From: Deltaproteobacteria bacterium
GTDB lineage: Bacteria; JAGRBM01; JAHCIT01
Reading direction: 5' to 3'
DNA length: 36,914 nucleotides
Assembly: GCA_026129095.1 (NCBI GenBank)
Contig: JAHCIT010000009.1
Location: 124,001-160,914 of the forward strand
Below, one piece after another: positions 27,211-35,915 of this stretch (position 1 is the stretch's first letter; each line of letters opens with the position of its first letter). Made by a program: the position numbers and the translations under genes. Under the pieces are notes generated by a model. That model did no database searches. It was not told the DNA's origin and saw only the letters and a program-made list of their open reading frames with translations.

Positions 27211-27855
27211 TCAGTATTCAAACCCGACGTCGTGCGTGTGGCCGCCGCTTGAGGTCGTCGTCTTTTCCACCGCCCCGCCAGCCAGGATTGCTTCCCGGTC
27301 GGCCGCGGACAGCGTGACCCGGTGGGTGTGGCCGGAATTGTTGCTGGAAACATAGTCCACATTGCCGAGATCGGACGTGAAGTGCGATCCCGGAATCGTG
27401 AACGTGTGCGTATGGGCAGTGGAGACTGTCGTGGTTTCCTCCAGATCATCGGCGACTTCCAGTTCCACATCATGCGTATGGCTGCCGGATTCGGTGCTTT
27501 CGACAAGAACCGCCGTGCCCTCCGCTATGTCCGCCCGCTGTTCGGCCGTCAGCGATATCTGGTGCATATGACCGTCACTGGATGCAGAGGTGTAGGTCTT
27601 GCCCCCCGTGGGCTCGATGAAATCCTCCACGGGGAAATCGAACCGATGGGTATGACCGTCTGACGTGCTGGACGTATACCGGAGGTTGAACGCCGTACCG
27701 GCGGTGTTGTTGCCGCACCCCTCGGCCTCGGGATCCTGTTCGCATACATTTCCACCCGTTTCCGCCAGCGAACTGCTCCCGCAACCGGCAATCGCGACGA
27801 TGATTCCGCCCGTGGCCGACCGGCCAATGACTTTCAGAACAGACCTGCGTTCCAT
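27211..27855 (-). CDS. Tat-signal lipoprotein with six HxH motifs (putative metal-binding protein)
   Basis: MERRSVLK...IAGC; GHTH, GHMH, SHTH, AHTH, GHTH, GHTH arranged in two repeated units. Confidence 0.75.
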   Translation of the reverse strand: MERRSVLKVIGRSATGGIIVAIAGCGSSSLAETGGNVCEQDPEAEGCGNNTAGTAFNLRYTSSTSDGHTHRFDFPVEDFIEPTGGKTYTSASSDGHMHQISLTAEQRADIAEGTAVLVESTESGSHTHDVELEVADDLEETTTVSTAHTHTFTIPGSHFTSDLGNVDYVSSNNSGHTHRVTLSAADREAILAGGAVEKTTTSSGGHTHDVGFEY

Positions 27856-27983
27856 GACGAATGCCCCCTGATCCGCTGGCACCTGATACCGGTTGCGGGA
27901 TATATGCCATCCTATCCAGCAAACCGGCAGCGGCGTCAAAGCCTGCGGGAGCAAAGACCCTTAACACATGGAGCATTTCCGCC

Positions 27984-28757
27984 ATGCCTGAGTTCATCGA
28001 ACTGAAAAAGGACGGCCGCCTCTTCACGGTAACGTTCAGCCGCCCGGAGGTGATGAACGCCTTACACCCCAAAGCACACGACGAGTGCCAGGCAGCCTTC
28101 GACGAGTTCGAAGCCGACCCCGATCTCTGGGTGGCCATCGTCACCGGGGCTGGGGACAGGGCGTTTTGCGCCGGGAACGATCTGAAGGCGGTTGCCAGCG
28201 GCGGAAGGCTCCCCTTCCCCCAAAGCGGCTTTGCGGGGCTCACCGCCCGGTTTCGATGCGTGAAACCCGTCATAGCTGCCGTGAACGGCCTTGCCGCCGG
28301 GGGCGGTTTCGAGGTGGTGCTCGCCTGCGACATCGCCGTCGCGTCCGATACAGCCTGGTTTGCCCTGCCGGAGGCCCGGCGTGGTGTGGCTGCGGTTTGC
28401 GGCGGGCCACACCGGCTTATCCGGCACATCCCCTACAAGACGGCCATGGGAGCGATTCTTACCGGCCGGAGGATCCCGGCCGATGAGGCCCTCCGCTGGG
28501 GGCTTGTGAACGAGGTCGTCCCGCAGGGGGAAGTGATGACCGCCGCCCGCCGGTGGGCGGAGCAAATACTGGAGTGCGCGCCCGTATCGGCCCGCGCCAT
28601 GAAACAGATGGCCGTTGAAGGCCTGGACGAACCCACGATGGAAAAGGCCTACCACAAGGCCTATGACCAGGTGATGCAGATGTTCCGGACCAGGGATTTC
28701 ATCGAGGGGCCGATGGCTTTCGCCCAGAAGCGAAAGCCCAACTGGACCGGCAAATAG
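27984..28757 (+). CDS. Enoyl-CoA hydratase/isomerase (crotonase family, CaiD-like)
   Basis: RPEVMNAL, AFCAGNDLK, KPVIAAVNG.A.GGGFE..LACD, FALPE, EGPMAFAQKRKPNW. GGAG SD upstream of ATG 27984. Confidence 0.93.
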   Translation: MPEFIELKKDGRLFTVTFSRPEVMNALHPKAHDECQAAFDEFEADPDLWVAIVTGAGDRAFCAGNDLKAVASGGRLPFPQSGFAGLTARFRCVKPVIAAVNGLAAGGGFEVVLACDIAVASDTAWFALPEARRGVAAVCGGPHRLIRHIPYKTAMGAILTGRRIPADEALRWGLVNEVVPQGEVMTAARRWAEQILECAPVSARAMKQMAVEGLDEPTMEKAYHKAYDQVMQMFRTRDFIEGPMAFAQKRKPNWTGK

Positions 28758-29717
28758 TCAGCTTCCCCAGAGGCGGCTCAGCCACGCGCCGATCTTCGCA
28801 ACGGCCTCCCGCGATTCGGGCACCAGCGGAACAGCCACCTGCCAGACGTGGATCATCTCGTCCCACACATCGAGTTCGCTTCTCACGCCCGCCTTCTCTG
28901 CCTTTTCATGAAGCCGGATGGCGTCATCCAGCAGGATTTCATCACTTCCCACCTGAATATAGAGCGGCGGCAGGCCGGTCAGATCTGCATAAAGGGGCGA
29001 TGCCAGCGGATTTCTGGGGTCTGCGCCGCCCAGGTAGCACGACGCGAAATGGCTGAGGTCATTTGCCGTCAGCATCGGATCGGCCTTCGCCTTCGACGCG
29101 ATGGAACCGCCGGTCATGGCGAGGTCGGTCCAGGGTGAGAGACACACGCCACCTGCCGGGAGCGGCCCGCCGGACTGCTTCAATTCCAGCATGGCGGCCA
29201 ATGTAAGCCCGCCGCCGGCCGAGTCGCCCGCAAACACTGCCTGGTCCGGCTTCAGCCCTTCGGCCAGGAGCGCCTTCCAGACGGCGACGGCATCTTCAAC
29301 CGCCGCCGGGAAGGGACACTCAGGACCCATCCGGTAGTCGAGCAGCACCACCTCCGCTCCGGTTTCCTTCGACAGCGCCGCCCCGAGCCCCCGGTGCGTG
29401 AGCGGCGAGAGATACACATACCCGCCGCCGTGGAAGTAGAGAATCGCCCGGCCCGCCTTTGCCGAGTTGTGCCGCAACCGGAGCGCCGGGACGCCGCCCA
29501 CCGTGGTGCTGGTGATAGTGGCATCCTTTGGCGCCGGAAGGCGCGCAAAGCGCATGCGATCTTCCTTCTTCCGTTTCTCCGGCGGCTGGAACGGTTCTGC
29601 CGCTGACGTCCGGCCCAGCAACCGGTCAATCACGGTCGGCCGGGGCGTGTAGGCCCAGGCCCGGGCCGGAGCCCACCGGAAGAATCCCCGCAGAAGGCGG
29701 AACTGGTACGACGGCAT
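28758..29717 (-). CDS. HSL-family alpha/beta hydrolase (esterase/lipase)
   Basis: HGGGY, GDSAGG, SPWTDL, ASPL, EILLDD, HVW. Confidence 0.93.
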   Translation of the reverse strand: MPSYQFRLLRGFFRWAPARAWAYTPRPTVIDRLLGRTSAAEPFQPPEKRKKEDRMRFARLPAPKDATITSTTVGGVPALRLRHNSAKAGRAILYFHGGGYVYLSPLTHRGLGAALSKETGAEVVLLDYRMGPECPFPAAVEDAVAVWKALLAEGLKPDQAVFAGDSAGGGLTLAAMLELKQSGGPLPAGGVCLSPWTDLAMTGGSIASKAKADPMLTANDLSHFASCYLGGADPRNPLASPLYADLTGLPPLYIQVGSDEILLDDAIRLHEKAEKAGVRSELDVWDEMIHVWQVAVPLVPESREAVAKIGAWLSRLWGS

Positions 29718-29737
29718 GAGTGTGCTGCCTCGGCCTG

Positions 29738-30151
29738 CTAGCGGAGCCGCTTCAGGCCCCGGCGGATCGTCTGCTCCAGCCCCGTCCGGATCACCGGCCC
29801 GACGAGCGGGATCTTCGACTCGAACTGGATGGTGTAGTGAAGCCGGGAACCGCCATTCGCCGTGGATGAAAACTCCATGACCCCCTTGTGGTTCTTGAGC
29901 GGGCTTCCGCGGGTGATCCTGTATTCAATCCGCCGGTCCTGCTCGAAGGCGGTCACGGTCTCGTCGAAACCGGGGAGCGGCCCCAGGTTGAGGGTCCGCA
30001 CCGACCCCAGGCCATTTACTCCGCCCTGCCCGTCCTTCGTCCGCCGGATCTTCGCGCCGAGAATCGGCCCCAGCTTCTCGTGATCGCTCAGGAGCGCGAA
30101 CAGTTCGCTGACCGGGCGACGAAACTCCATACTGATATCAATGTGTTCCAT
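29738..30151 (-). CDS. SRPBCC/START-family protein
   Basis: LFALLSDHE, GLGSVR, E.VTAFE....IEYRI, GGSRLHY.I. SD AGGAAGG before ATG 30151. Confidence 0.85.
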   Translation of the reverse strand: MEHIDISMEFRRPVSELFALLSDHEKLGPILGAKIRRTKDGQGGVNGLGSVRTLNLGPLPGFDETVTAFEQDRRIEYRITRGSPLKNHKGVMEFSSTANGGSRLHYTIQFESKIPLVGPVIRTGLEQTIRRGLKRLR

Positions 30152-30247
30152 GGTTTCCTTCCTAAAACCTCCGGCCCAACCGATATCCGGTCCGCAAAGG
30201 AAAAGGCAAAGCCGACAGGCCCCATCGAAACGCCCATATCCCCGCAC

Positions 30248-30280
30248 AAAAAAGCTGCGCCCGGGTAACCGGGCGCAGTT
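30248..30280 (-). terminator. Intrinsic terminator downstream of the acidic lipoprotein gene
   Basis: 10-bp perfect stem CTGCGCCCGG/CCGGGCGCAG, 4-nt loop, then CTTTTTT on the minus strand. Confidence 0.85.
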
Positions 30281-30330
30281 TCCGAACTCATTTCCGGCCA
30301 GATCCATCCGATCTGGCATGTTTCACTGGA

Positions 30331-31218
30331 TCACGGTTCCATGAACTCCCCGAAACAGGATTCGGTATCTCCGCCGAAGAAGATGAGAATGTCGTCGCCC
30401 TCATCCGCGCTTCCACCGTCAATATCCATGTACGTGCCGCCGGGTGTTTCAGAGGCGTAAAGACCCATATCCACGTCCAGCGTGGCAGTGGCCGGAAAGT
30501 CTGTTTCGTCAATTTTCGCTTCGATCACCCCTTCGGCCTCGCCGCAACCCGAGACGTCACAGACTTCCACCAGCGAGCCCACATCAGCCGTCAGCAGCCC
30601 CTGGAAATTCGTGCCGCCAAACACGCCGAACAGGGTGTCACCATTGAGAAGGTAAATGGCGGAGCCGACGCCACGAGGATCGTCCTGGTCACCCCACATG
30701 AACCCGCCGCACGCCACAGCCAGTTCACCCTGCTGGATCACTCCGCCGGTCATGCCGTTGAGTGGGCTTCCCACCGATGCCGAAGGTTCAAAGTCACCGG
30801 ACAGAGCCCCTTCCGCTGTGATGGTTCCAGTGCTGGTATACTCCCCACCATCAATATCTATCGTCATCTCATATGCGGTGCCGGTTACGGTGCCGGTGAT
30901 CTCCGCCGGGAACCCTTCTCCATCGGGCAGGGAAACCGGGTCGGGGTCCCCTCCCGCAACGGTAAACTCCGCTGTGCCGGTGATCTCGCCATCCTCGGCA
31001 ACCGTAATCTCTCCGTATCCAAATCCATACAGATAGTCGCCGATCTCGCTCGGACCTACTGGTTCATCCGACGTGACCACCACGCCAATCACATAGTCGC
31101 CCGGCAGGAACACCTCGCCGGGAGCGCCGTCGCTGCCGCAAGCGGCGACAGCGGCTACCAGGATGGCAGCAGCGAAAAGCGGGCGGCTCAGCTTCTGGAC
31201 GAAGGTCAGGAGATTCAT
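30331..31218 (-). CDS. Hypothetical, very acidic Gly/Thr-rich lipoprotein
   Basis: Lipobox VAAC; the mature part has only about one Arg and one Lys, four Cys and a beta-rich pattern. Confidence 0.75.
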   Translation of the reverse strand: MNLLTFVQKLSRPLFAAAILVAAVAACGSDGAPGEVFLPGDYVIGVVVTSDEPVGPSEIGDYLYGFGYGEITVAEDGEITGTAEFTVAGGDPDPVSLPDGEGFPAEITGTVTGTAYEMTIDIDGGEYTSTGTITAEGALSGDFEPSASVGSPLNGMTGGVIQQGELAVACGGFMWGDQDDPRGVGSAIYLLNGDTLFGVFGGTNFQGLLTADVGSLVEVCDVSGCGEAEGVIEAKIDETDFPATATLDVDMGLYASETPGGTYMDIDGGSADEGDDILIFFGGDTESCFGEFMEP

Positions 31219-31265
31219 GGGTTATTCACCTTTACTTATTAATGCGGGTTGGGGATCTGGAAATC

Positions 31266-31341
31266 TGGAGCGGGCTACGGGGCTCGAACCCGTGACCTCG
31301 ACCTTGGCAAGGTCGCGCTCTACCAACTGAGCTAAGCCCGC
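31266..31341 (-). tRNA. tRNA-Gly(GCC)
   Basis: GCGGGCTTAGCTCAGTTGGTAGAGCGCGACCTTGCCAAGGTCGAGGTCACGGGTTCGAGCCCCGTAGCCCGCTCCA; full cloverleaf with encoded CCA. Confidence 0.98.
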
Positions 31342-31362
31342 CTATATGGAGGCGCGGCGCAA

Positions 31363-31391
31363 TTTCTACTCACGGACCGGGATGTTGTCAA
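31363..31391 (-). promoter_or_regulatory. Sigma70-type promoter of tRNA-Gly
   Basis: TTGACA-17 bp-TAGAAA followed by a GC-rich discriminator (GCGCCGCGCC). Confidence 0.7.
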
Positions 31392-31442
31392 CATCTTCGC
31401 CGGAAACCCGCACCACCGCACCGGGGCCCGGAAAACCGGCAC

Positions 31443-31488
31443 AAAAAGCGGCCTCCGCGCCCGGACTCAACCCGGTAACGCGGAGGCC
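31443..31488 (-). terminator. Intrinsic terminator of the intergenic small transcript
   Basis: 10-bp stem GGCCTCCGCG/CGCGGAGGCC with an inner CCGG pair, followed by GCTTTTT. Confidence 0.8.
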
Positions 31489-31653
31489 ATGAAAACGGTA
31501 AGCTGTGAAGATTGGCCAAGGGCTGGTGTCGCCCCTGCGATGGCCGGCTTTCAGGCCGGCCCGGTCGAGTCCAGAGGGAGCAGCCTCTAGGCCTCAGCCA
31601 CCTCACTGTTCAAATGATGTTTAGCCAAGTCGGACCACCTCCTTTCTCAGTGT
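31443..31653 (-). ncRNA. Candidate ~210-nt structured sRNA / sORF mRNA (MAKHHLNSEVAEA, 31628-31587)
   Basis: Extended -10 TGtTATGCT (31668-31660), AGAAAGGAGGTGGTCC at the 5' end, a 13-codon ORF, three internal hairpins and its own terminator. Confidence 0.6.
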
Positions 31654-31705
31654 GCGGGAAGCATAACACACGGGAACGGGGGCCGCCGTTATTTTTCGTT
31701 AAGTC

Positions 31706-32419
31706 TCAGAACCGCTGGACGCGGGTGCCCTCGGCCGGAACGACCGTGAAGATAGCGTCGGGAATGTCGGCATTTTCCCGGATGTCGCTGAACCTGATCG
31801 TCGTGCGCGATCCCTGGGCGTCCGACTGGTACAACCCCCGGAGCTTGTACGTCACCGGATCGATGATGAGCGTCAGCGAGAAGTTCTCAAGCTTCGGGTC
31901 TTTCGACTCCAGAAGCAGGCGGTAGTTCCCCTCGCCGTCCACGAGCCCCAGGTCCGGCTCGCGCACGTTGAACGCTTCTTTCAGCTCGCCGAGCCCCTTG
32001 AGGAAGTTGGACGGCGTGGGGGAATCGAACGCCTCCTCCAGCTTCTTCACCGCGAGGTATTTCTCCTCCTCGTTGTAGTAGAAGAACACCTGCCCGTTGC
32101 TCACGTACTGCATCGCGCTTGGGCGCTGGTAGTCCCAGTTCATCTTCCCCGGAAGCTTGAACGACACCATTCCCTCGGCCGTGCGCGGGCGGCGCGCACC
32201 GGGGAGCCGTGTCTCCTGGACGAACTTCGCCTGGATGGTTTTTGTCTGGCGATAGTTAGCCTGCACCTTCGCGGCGATCTCGTCCACCGACGGACGTGCG
32301 GGAGAGGCCGTTGCTGCCGCAGGCGGCTGCGCCGGAGCCGACTGGCCAAACACCGGGACGGCAGAAACAGCGATCAGGAAAGACATAATGCTTTTGAACT
32401 GCATGGAACGGGAGATCAT
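31706..32419 (-). CDS. lolA: Outer-membrane lipoprotein carrier protein LolA
   Basis: Signal peptide; AKFVQ, G.V.FKLPGKMNWDY..P, VSNG...Y, TP..FL.G, T.IRFS, F..P.G. Confidence 0.88.
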   Translation of the reverse strand: MISRSMQFKSIMSFLIAVSAVPVFGQSAPAQPPAAATASPARPSVDEIAAKVQANYRQTKTIQAKFVQETRLPGARRPRTAEGMVSFKLPGKMNWDYQRPSAMQYVSNGQVFFYYNEEEKYLAVKKLEEAFDSPTPSNFLKGLGELKEAFNVREPDLGLVDGEGNYRLLLESKDPKLENFSLTLIIDPVTYKLRGLYQSDAQGSRTTIRFSDIRENADIPDAIFTVVPAEGTRVQRF

Positions 32420-32461
32420 TTTCTTTCCATACGCCGGAAAGGCTCGGCGGGCAAACGGAGA

Positions 32462-33949
32462 TTATTCCGCCTTCACGAGCGCGGCGACCAGTTCGGCCAC
32501 GTCGCGGCCGTTGGCCTGAACGAATCCCTGCGCGTCGAAATCCTCCATCGCATACTTGATGTAGCTCCGCTGCTCGACGGGCGATATCCGTTCGAGCGCC
32601 CGCTGGGCCCGCTGACGCACCGGCTGCGACACGGCCATGAGCACCTCGGTGGCGAGTGCCTTTGCCAGCCAGGTTTTCTCCTCCCCGGTTCCGGCCTTGT
32701 CGCGCCGGGCCCGGAATACGAAACGGAATGCTGGATGCAGGAACATTTTCTGCCCCTGAAGACTGGCGGCTGCCCTGCCGGTCGAGCCCCAGAAGAACTC
32801 CAGCGTATCCATGATCTCCAGCGCGGCCGGCACGAGGAGTCTCGTCATCTGGTGCGCCATGAGCACCTTGAGCGCCTTCGGCCACAGGGGACTCACCGGC
32901 TCCGGCTCAATGGGAGGAAGTTCCCGGTCATTCACGGCATATTCAAGGCCGTTCACCGCCACCATGTAGTGATGCTCGACCGGTTCCCCCAGGATGACGA
33001 GCGACGCGCGGAGCCAGCCGTCCGACCCGTCGTGCAGGACACGCGCCCCCTGCCGGACAAATCCCCCCACGACCGGCGTCGTGTAGCTCACGCCGTCGCA
33101 GACGAACCGCTCCACCTGGCCGCTGCGGATATGCACGGCGGCACTGTCGCCGAGAAGCCTGCGCTCATGGGGATGGGGGCGGAATGCGACTGGCGAGGTC
33201 ACCAGTTCCCCCTTGAGCGCCTGCTCCTCGACCCCGCGGGTGAACTGGGCCGCGAACACGGCGAGCCCCGTCCCGCGTTCAAGGCCGGAGCCTTCGGCGG
33301 GAAGCGGCTCGAACGATTCGAGGAGGGATTCCAGCAAGGCCTCGGTGGGGTACGGCCCCCGGTAGCGGGCCGCCTCGACTCCCTGATCCTGCATCAGCTC
33401 GGCAAAGACGTTCATCAGCGCCGCCCCCGCACCCGGTGGCAGCGCGCCCGGTTCATCCAGCGGAGGGATATGGGTGAGGCGCGCAAAGTCGCTCCGGGCG
33501 GCCCGGCACAGCGTCCGGGTCGGCGCGTTGTTCTGGCCGAGCAGCGCCACCGCGTCCGAGACGCCCCACTGCCCGTGCTCCTCCACCCCAGCCACCAGGC
33601 CGATCGAGAGCTTGCCCGGCAGTTCGAGACCAAACCGCTTGAGTTCCCCCGCCTCGTTCCACCGGAACCAGCTCAGGAGCCGGCCACCGGCATCGAACGT
33701 GGCGAGGCGCCTCGGCCTGCCGCCTCCCCACAACGGGAACCGGGGATCGGCCAGGACCAGCGTGCCGTGGGGTTCAAAACGGGCGATCTCGCGCAGGCTC
33801 CCGGCACCGGGAACCAGAAAGCGGCTTTCTTCGCGGACGACGGCTTCGAGCGGCAGTTCCCGCCAGGCCGCCACGGCATCCCGCACGCCGGGGCCGAGCT
33901 GCTCCAGAAAAGGCATGAAATCCGGGGATTCGGCGCTCTGGTCGCTCAC
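32462..33949 (-). CDS. Hypothetical cytoplasmic protein (~495 aa)
   Basis: Long ORF with host-like codon usage and no recognised family. Start is GTG 33949 or 34009. Confidence 0.7.
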   Translation of the reverse strand: MSDQSAESPDFMPFLEQLGPGVRDAVAAWRELPLEAVVREESRFLVPGAGSLREIARFEPHGTLVLADPRFPLWGGGRPRRLATFDAGGRLLSWFRWNEAGELKRFGLELPGKLSIGLVAGVEEHGQWGVSDAVALLGQNNAPTRTLCRAARSDFARLTHIPPLDEPGALPPGAGAALMNVFAELMQDQGVEAARYRGPYPTEALLESLLESFEPLPAEGSGLERGTGLAVFAAQFTRGVEEQALKGELVTSPVAFRPHPHERRLLGDSAAVHIRSGQVERFVCDGVSYTTPVVGGFVRQGARVLHDGSDGWLRASLVILGEPVEHHYMVAVNGLEYAVNDRELPPIEPEPVSPLWPKALKVLMAHQMTRLLVPAALEIMDTLEFFWGSTGRAAASLQGQKMFLHPAFRFVFRARRDKAGTGEEKTWLAKALATEVLMAVSQPVRQRAQRALERISPVEQRSYIKYAMEDFDAQGFVQANGRDVAELVAALVKAE

Positions 33950-34105
33950 CCCGCCCGTGTAGCCACTCCGCCCGCACCAATTCCAGAGGCGGGCCCAAAC
34001 CCTGTTCACTCCGAACGCCGTATGCTACCAGTGGCGGCCTTGCAGAGAGCCGCCCGATCGGCTTATCTGCGGTTTCCCTCCGCCGGACTCCCTCCGGCCG
34101 GAAAC

Positions 34106-34182
34106 GGGCGCGTAGCTCAGATGGATAGAGTGACGGTCTCCGAAGCCGTAGGTCGTGGGTTCGAATCCCGCCGCGCCCGCCA
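34106..34182 (+). tRNA. tRNA-Arg(CCG); probable integration site
   Basis: GGGCGCGTAGCTCAGATGGATAGAGTGACGGTCTCCGAAGCCGTAGGTCGTGGGTTCGAATCCCGCCGCGCCCGCCA; anticodon loop CT-CCG-AA, encoded CCA. Confidence 0.97.
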
Positions 34183-35670
34183 AATGAGACGACTGCCGTT
34201 TTCAACCCACATCGAGAACGGTTTTCTATAATCCCCACGCAGAGTTATGCCGTCGAGCATCGGGTTCGATAAGACGATGCGGGCAAGTTTTGCCCGCCGC
34301 CGTGGTTCCGCCGTTTCATAGAGTGATTTCGCACGCTTGGAGAGTTCTAACGCGGTCCCAAAGGCCTTATAGCCGCTTGCGACCGATGCAGACCCGTGCG
34401 CGGCAGCCTGTTCGGCCCCCGTGAGTTCCGCCCGCCAGGCACTCCATTTCTTCTGGAAGAATTCGTCGTCGATCCGGCCTTCGACGTGATCGGTATAAAG
34501 CCGGTCCAGTTTCACTTTAAGGTCCGATACACGCTTCCTGGCGTCGTTCTGACGCTGACGGACCACCACTGTCTCCGAACTCGCCAGATGGTCCGCAGTC
34601 GCTTTTAGCCACTGGGCAAACTCTTCCCCGATCTCGACCGCCCCGATCTTCTCGAAGAGCTGCCGGGAAAGTTCCTCTTCGCGGACATATTCTAAGCGGC
34701 ACTTTTGCTGGTTGGCGCACCGGTAGTAGACGTACCGGCCCTTCTTGATCTCGCCCGTGATCGTCGCCCCGCACCGGGCGCAGGTGAGGAGCCCGGAGAA
34801 GGCAAAGGAGTGCTTGCGGTGTTGCTCAGGGTGATTCTTCCTGCGGAGCTGCCTGTTCGCCCGGTCCCAGAGTTCCTTGGTGACGATGGGCTCGAATCTC
34901 CCCTTATACAGGCGGCCCTTCCATGCGAAATCGCCGTAGTAGATCGGGTTCTTGAGGGCCACTTCCACGCACCTGCGGGAGGCTACTTTCCCTTCCCGGC
35001 TCGTGAGTCCCTCCCTTGTCATCAGTTCCGAGAGCGTCGTGATGGAATAAAGGCCGGTCGCGTACCGCTCGAACATCACCCTCACGAGCGGCGCTTTCGC
35101 CGGGTCGTGGACGATCGAGCGTTTTTCCCGGTTCCAGAGGTAGCCCACCGGCGGACTGGACGGGTACTGGCCGATTTCGAGTTTCTGGTTGATGCCCTTG
35201 CGGACTTCCTCGGAGAGATTATCGACGTAGTTCTTGGCCATCAGCACCTTGATGCCGTGAATGAATTTCGTGTGGCTCGTCGCGTTGCGGCCGATGATCT
35301 CGTTTTCCTTGACGAGGTGGATCCGGGCGTCCTTCTCACGGATAAGGTCGTCGAGCGTCGTGTAGTCCTTGAGATTACGATAGGCCCGGTCGGTCTTCTC
35401 GACGAGGATAATTACTGGGTGCTTCGCTGACCGGATGAACCCGAGCATTTGGCCGAAATTCGTTCGGCCGGCATTACCGGCCGACTCGACGTCGATGAAT
35501 TCCGACAGCACTTTCAGGCCGCTACGCTGGGCGTAACCACGAAGCAGCCCAAGCTGCGAATCAATCGAGAATCCCTCCTCCTGATCCTTGGAAGAGACTC
35601 GGGCGTAAATCACGGCATAAGGGGTTTCGGGCGACGGCTCGTTCGCCGAGCGGCTTAAAGGGATTCGCAT
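34117..35670 (-). CDS. Large serine recombinase (integrase)
   Basis: Catalytic YARVSS..Q...SI..Q, EKTDRAYRN, recombinase domain (PVGY, NPIYYG), Zn ribbon CARCG...YYRC....C and a coiled coil. Confidence 0.95.
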   Translation of the reverse strand: MRIPLSRSANEPSPETPYAVIYARVSSKDQEEGFSIDSQLGLLRGYAQRSGLKVLSEFIDVESAGNAGRTNFGQMLGFIRSAKHPVIILVEKTDRAYRNLKDYTTLDDLIREKDARIHLVKENEIIGRNATSHTKFIHGIKVLMAKNYVDNLSEEVRKGINQKLEIGQYPSSPPVGYLWNREKRSIVHDPAKAPLVRVMFERYATGLYSITTLSELMTREGLTSREGKVASRRCVEVALKNPIYYGDFAWKGRLYKGRFEPIVTKELWDRANRQLRRKNHPEQHRKHSFAFSGLLTCARCGATITGEIKKGRYVYYRCANQQKCRLEYVREEELSRQLFEKIGAVEIGEEFAQWLKATADHLASSETVVVRQRQNDARKRVSDLKVKLDRLYTDHVEGRIDDEFFQKKWSAWRAELTGAEQAAAHGSASVASGYKAFGTALELSKRAKSLYETAEPRRRAKLARIVLSNPMLDGITLRGDYRKPFSMWVENGSRLIWRARRDSNPRPTASETVTLSI

Positions 35671-35708
35671 GGTACTGTTACGACCTCCGGTCCGGCTAAA
35701 GGCTAACC

Positions 35709-35915
35709 TTACAAAGTAGCCGAACTTCCGGCCGACGTCACTTCTTCGTCAGCTATCCACTCCATCCAGACCAGCGTGTTTTCCGCGATCTCCCTGGCTT
35801 CGTCCATGGTGACGGTACGCCCCATATGGCGCTCAAAGGTCAGAACCGTGAGCCGCAGGTATTCCTCGCGGAGCACGATCCGGCTCCTTGTGGTTCGGCA
35901 GACGACGTCACTCAT
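35709..35915 (-). CDS. Small hypothetical protein upstream of the integrase
   Basis: 68 aa; ATGA overlap with the upstream gene and SD GAAGG. Confidence 0.6.
   Translation of the reverse strand: MSDVVCRTTRSRIVLREEYLRLTVLTFERHMGRTVTMDEAREIAENTLVWMEWIADEEVTSAGSSATL

Noticed and set aside
30200-31341. Genomic island at tRNA-Gly
   Set aside because: No integrase and no duplicated tRNA 3' end seen downstream.
31632-31647. 16S rRNA gene remnant (plus strand GGACCACCTCCTTTCT)
   Set aside because: Flanking sequence does not resemble helix 45 or an ITS, and the promoter and terminator polarity point to a minus-strand transcript.
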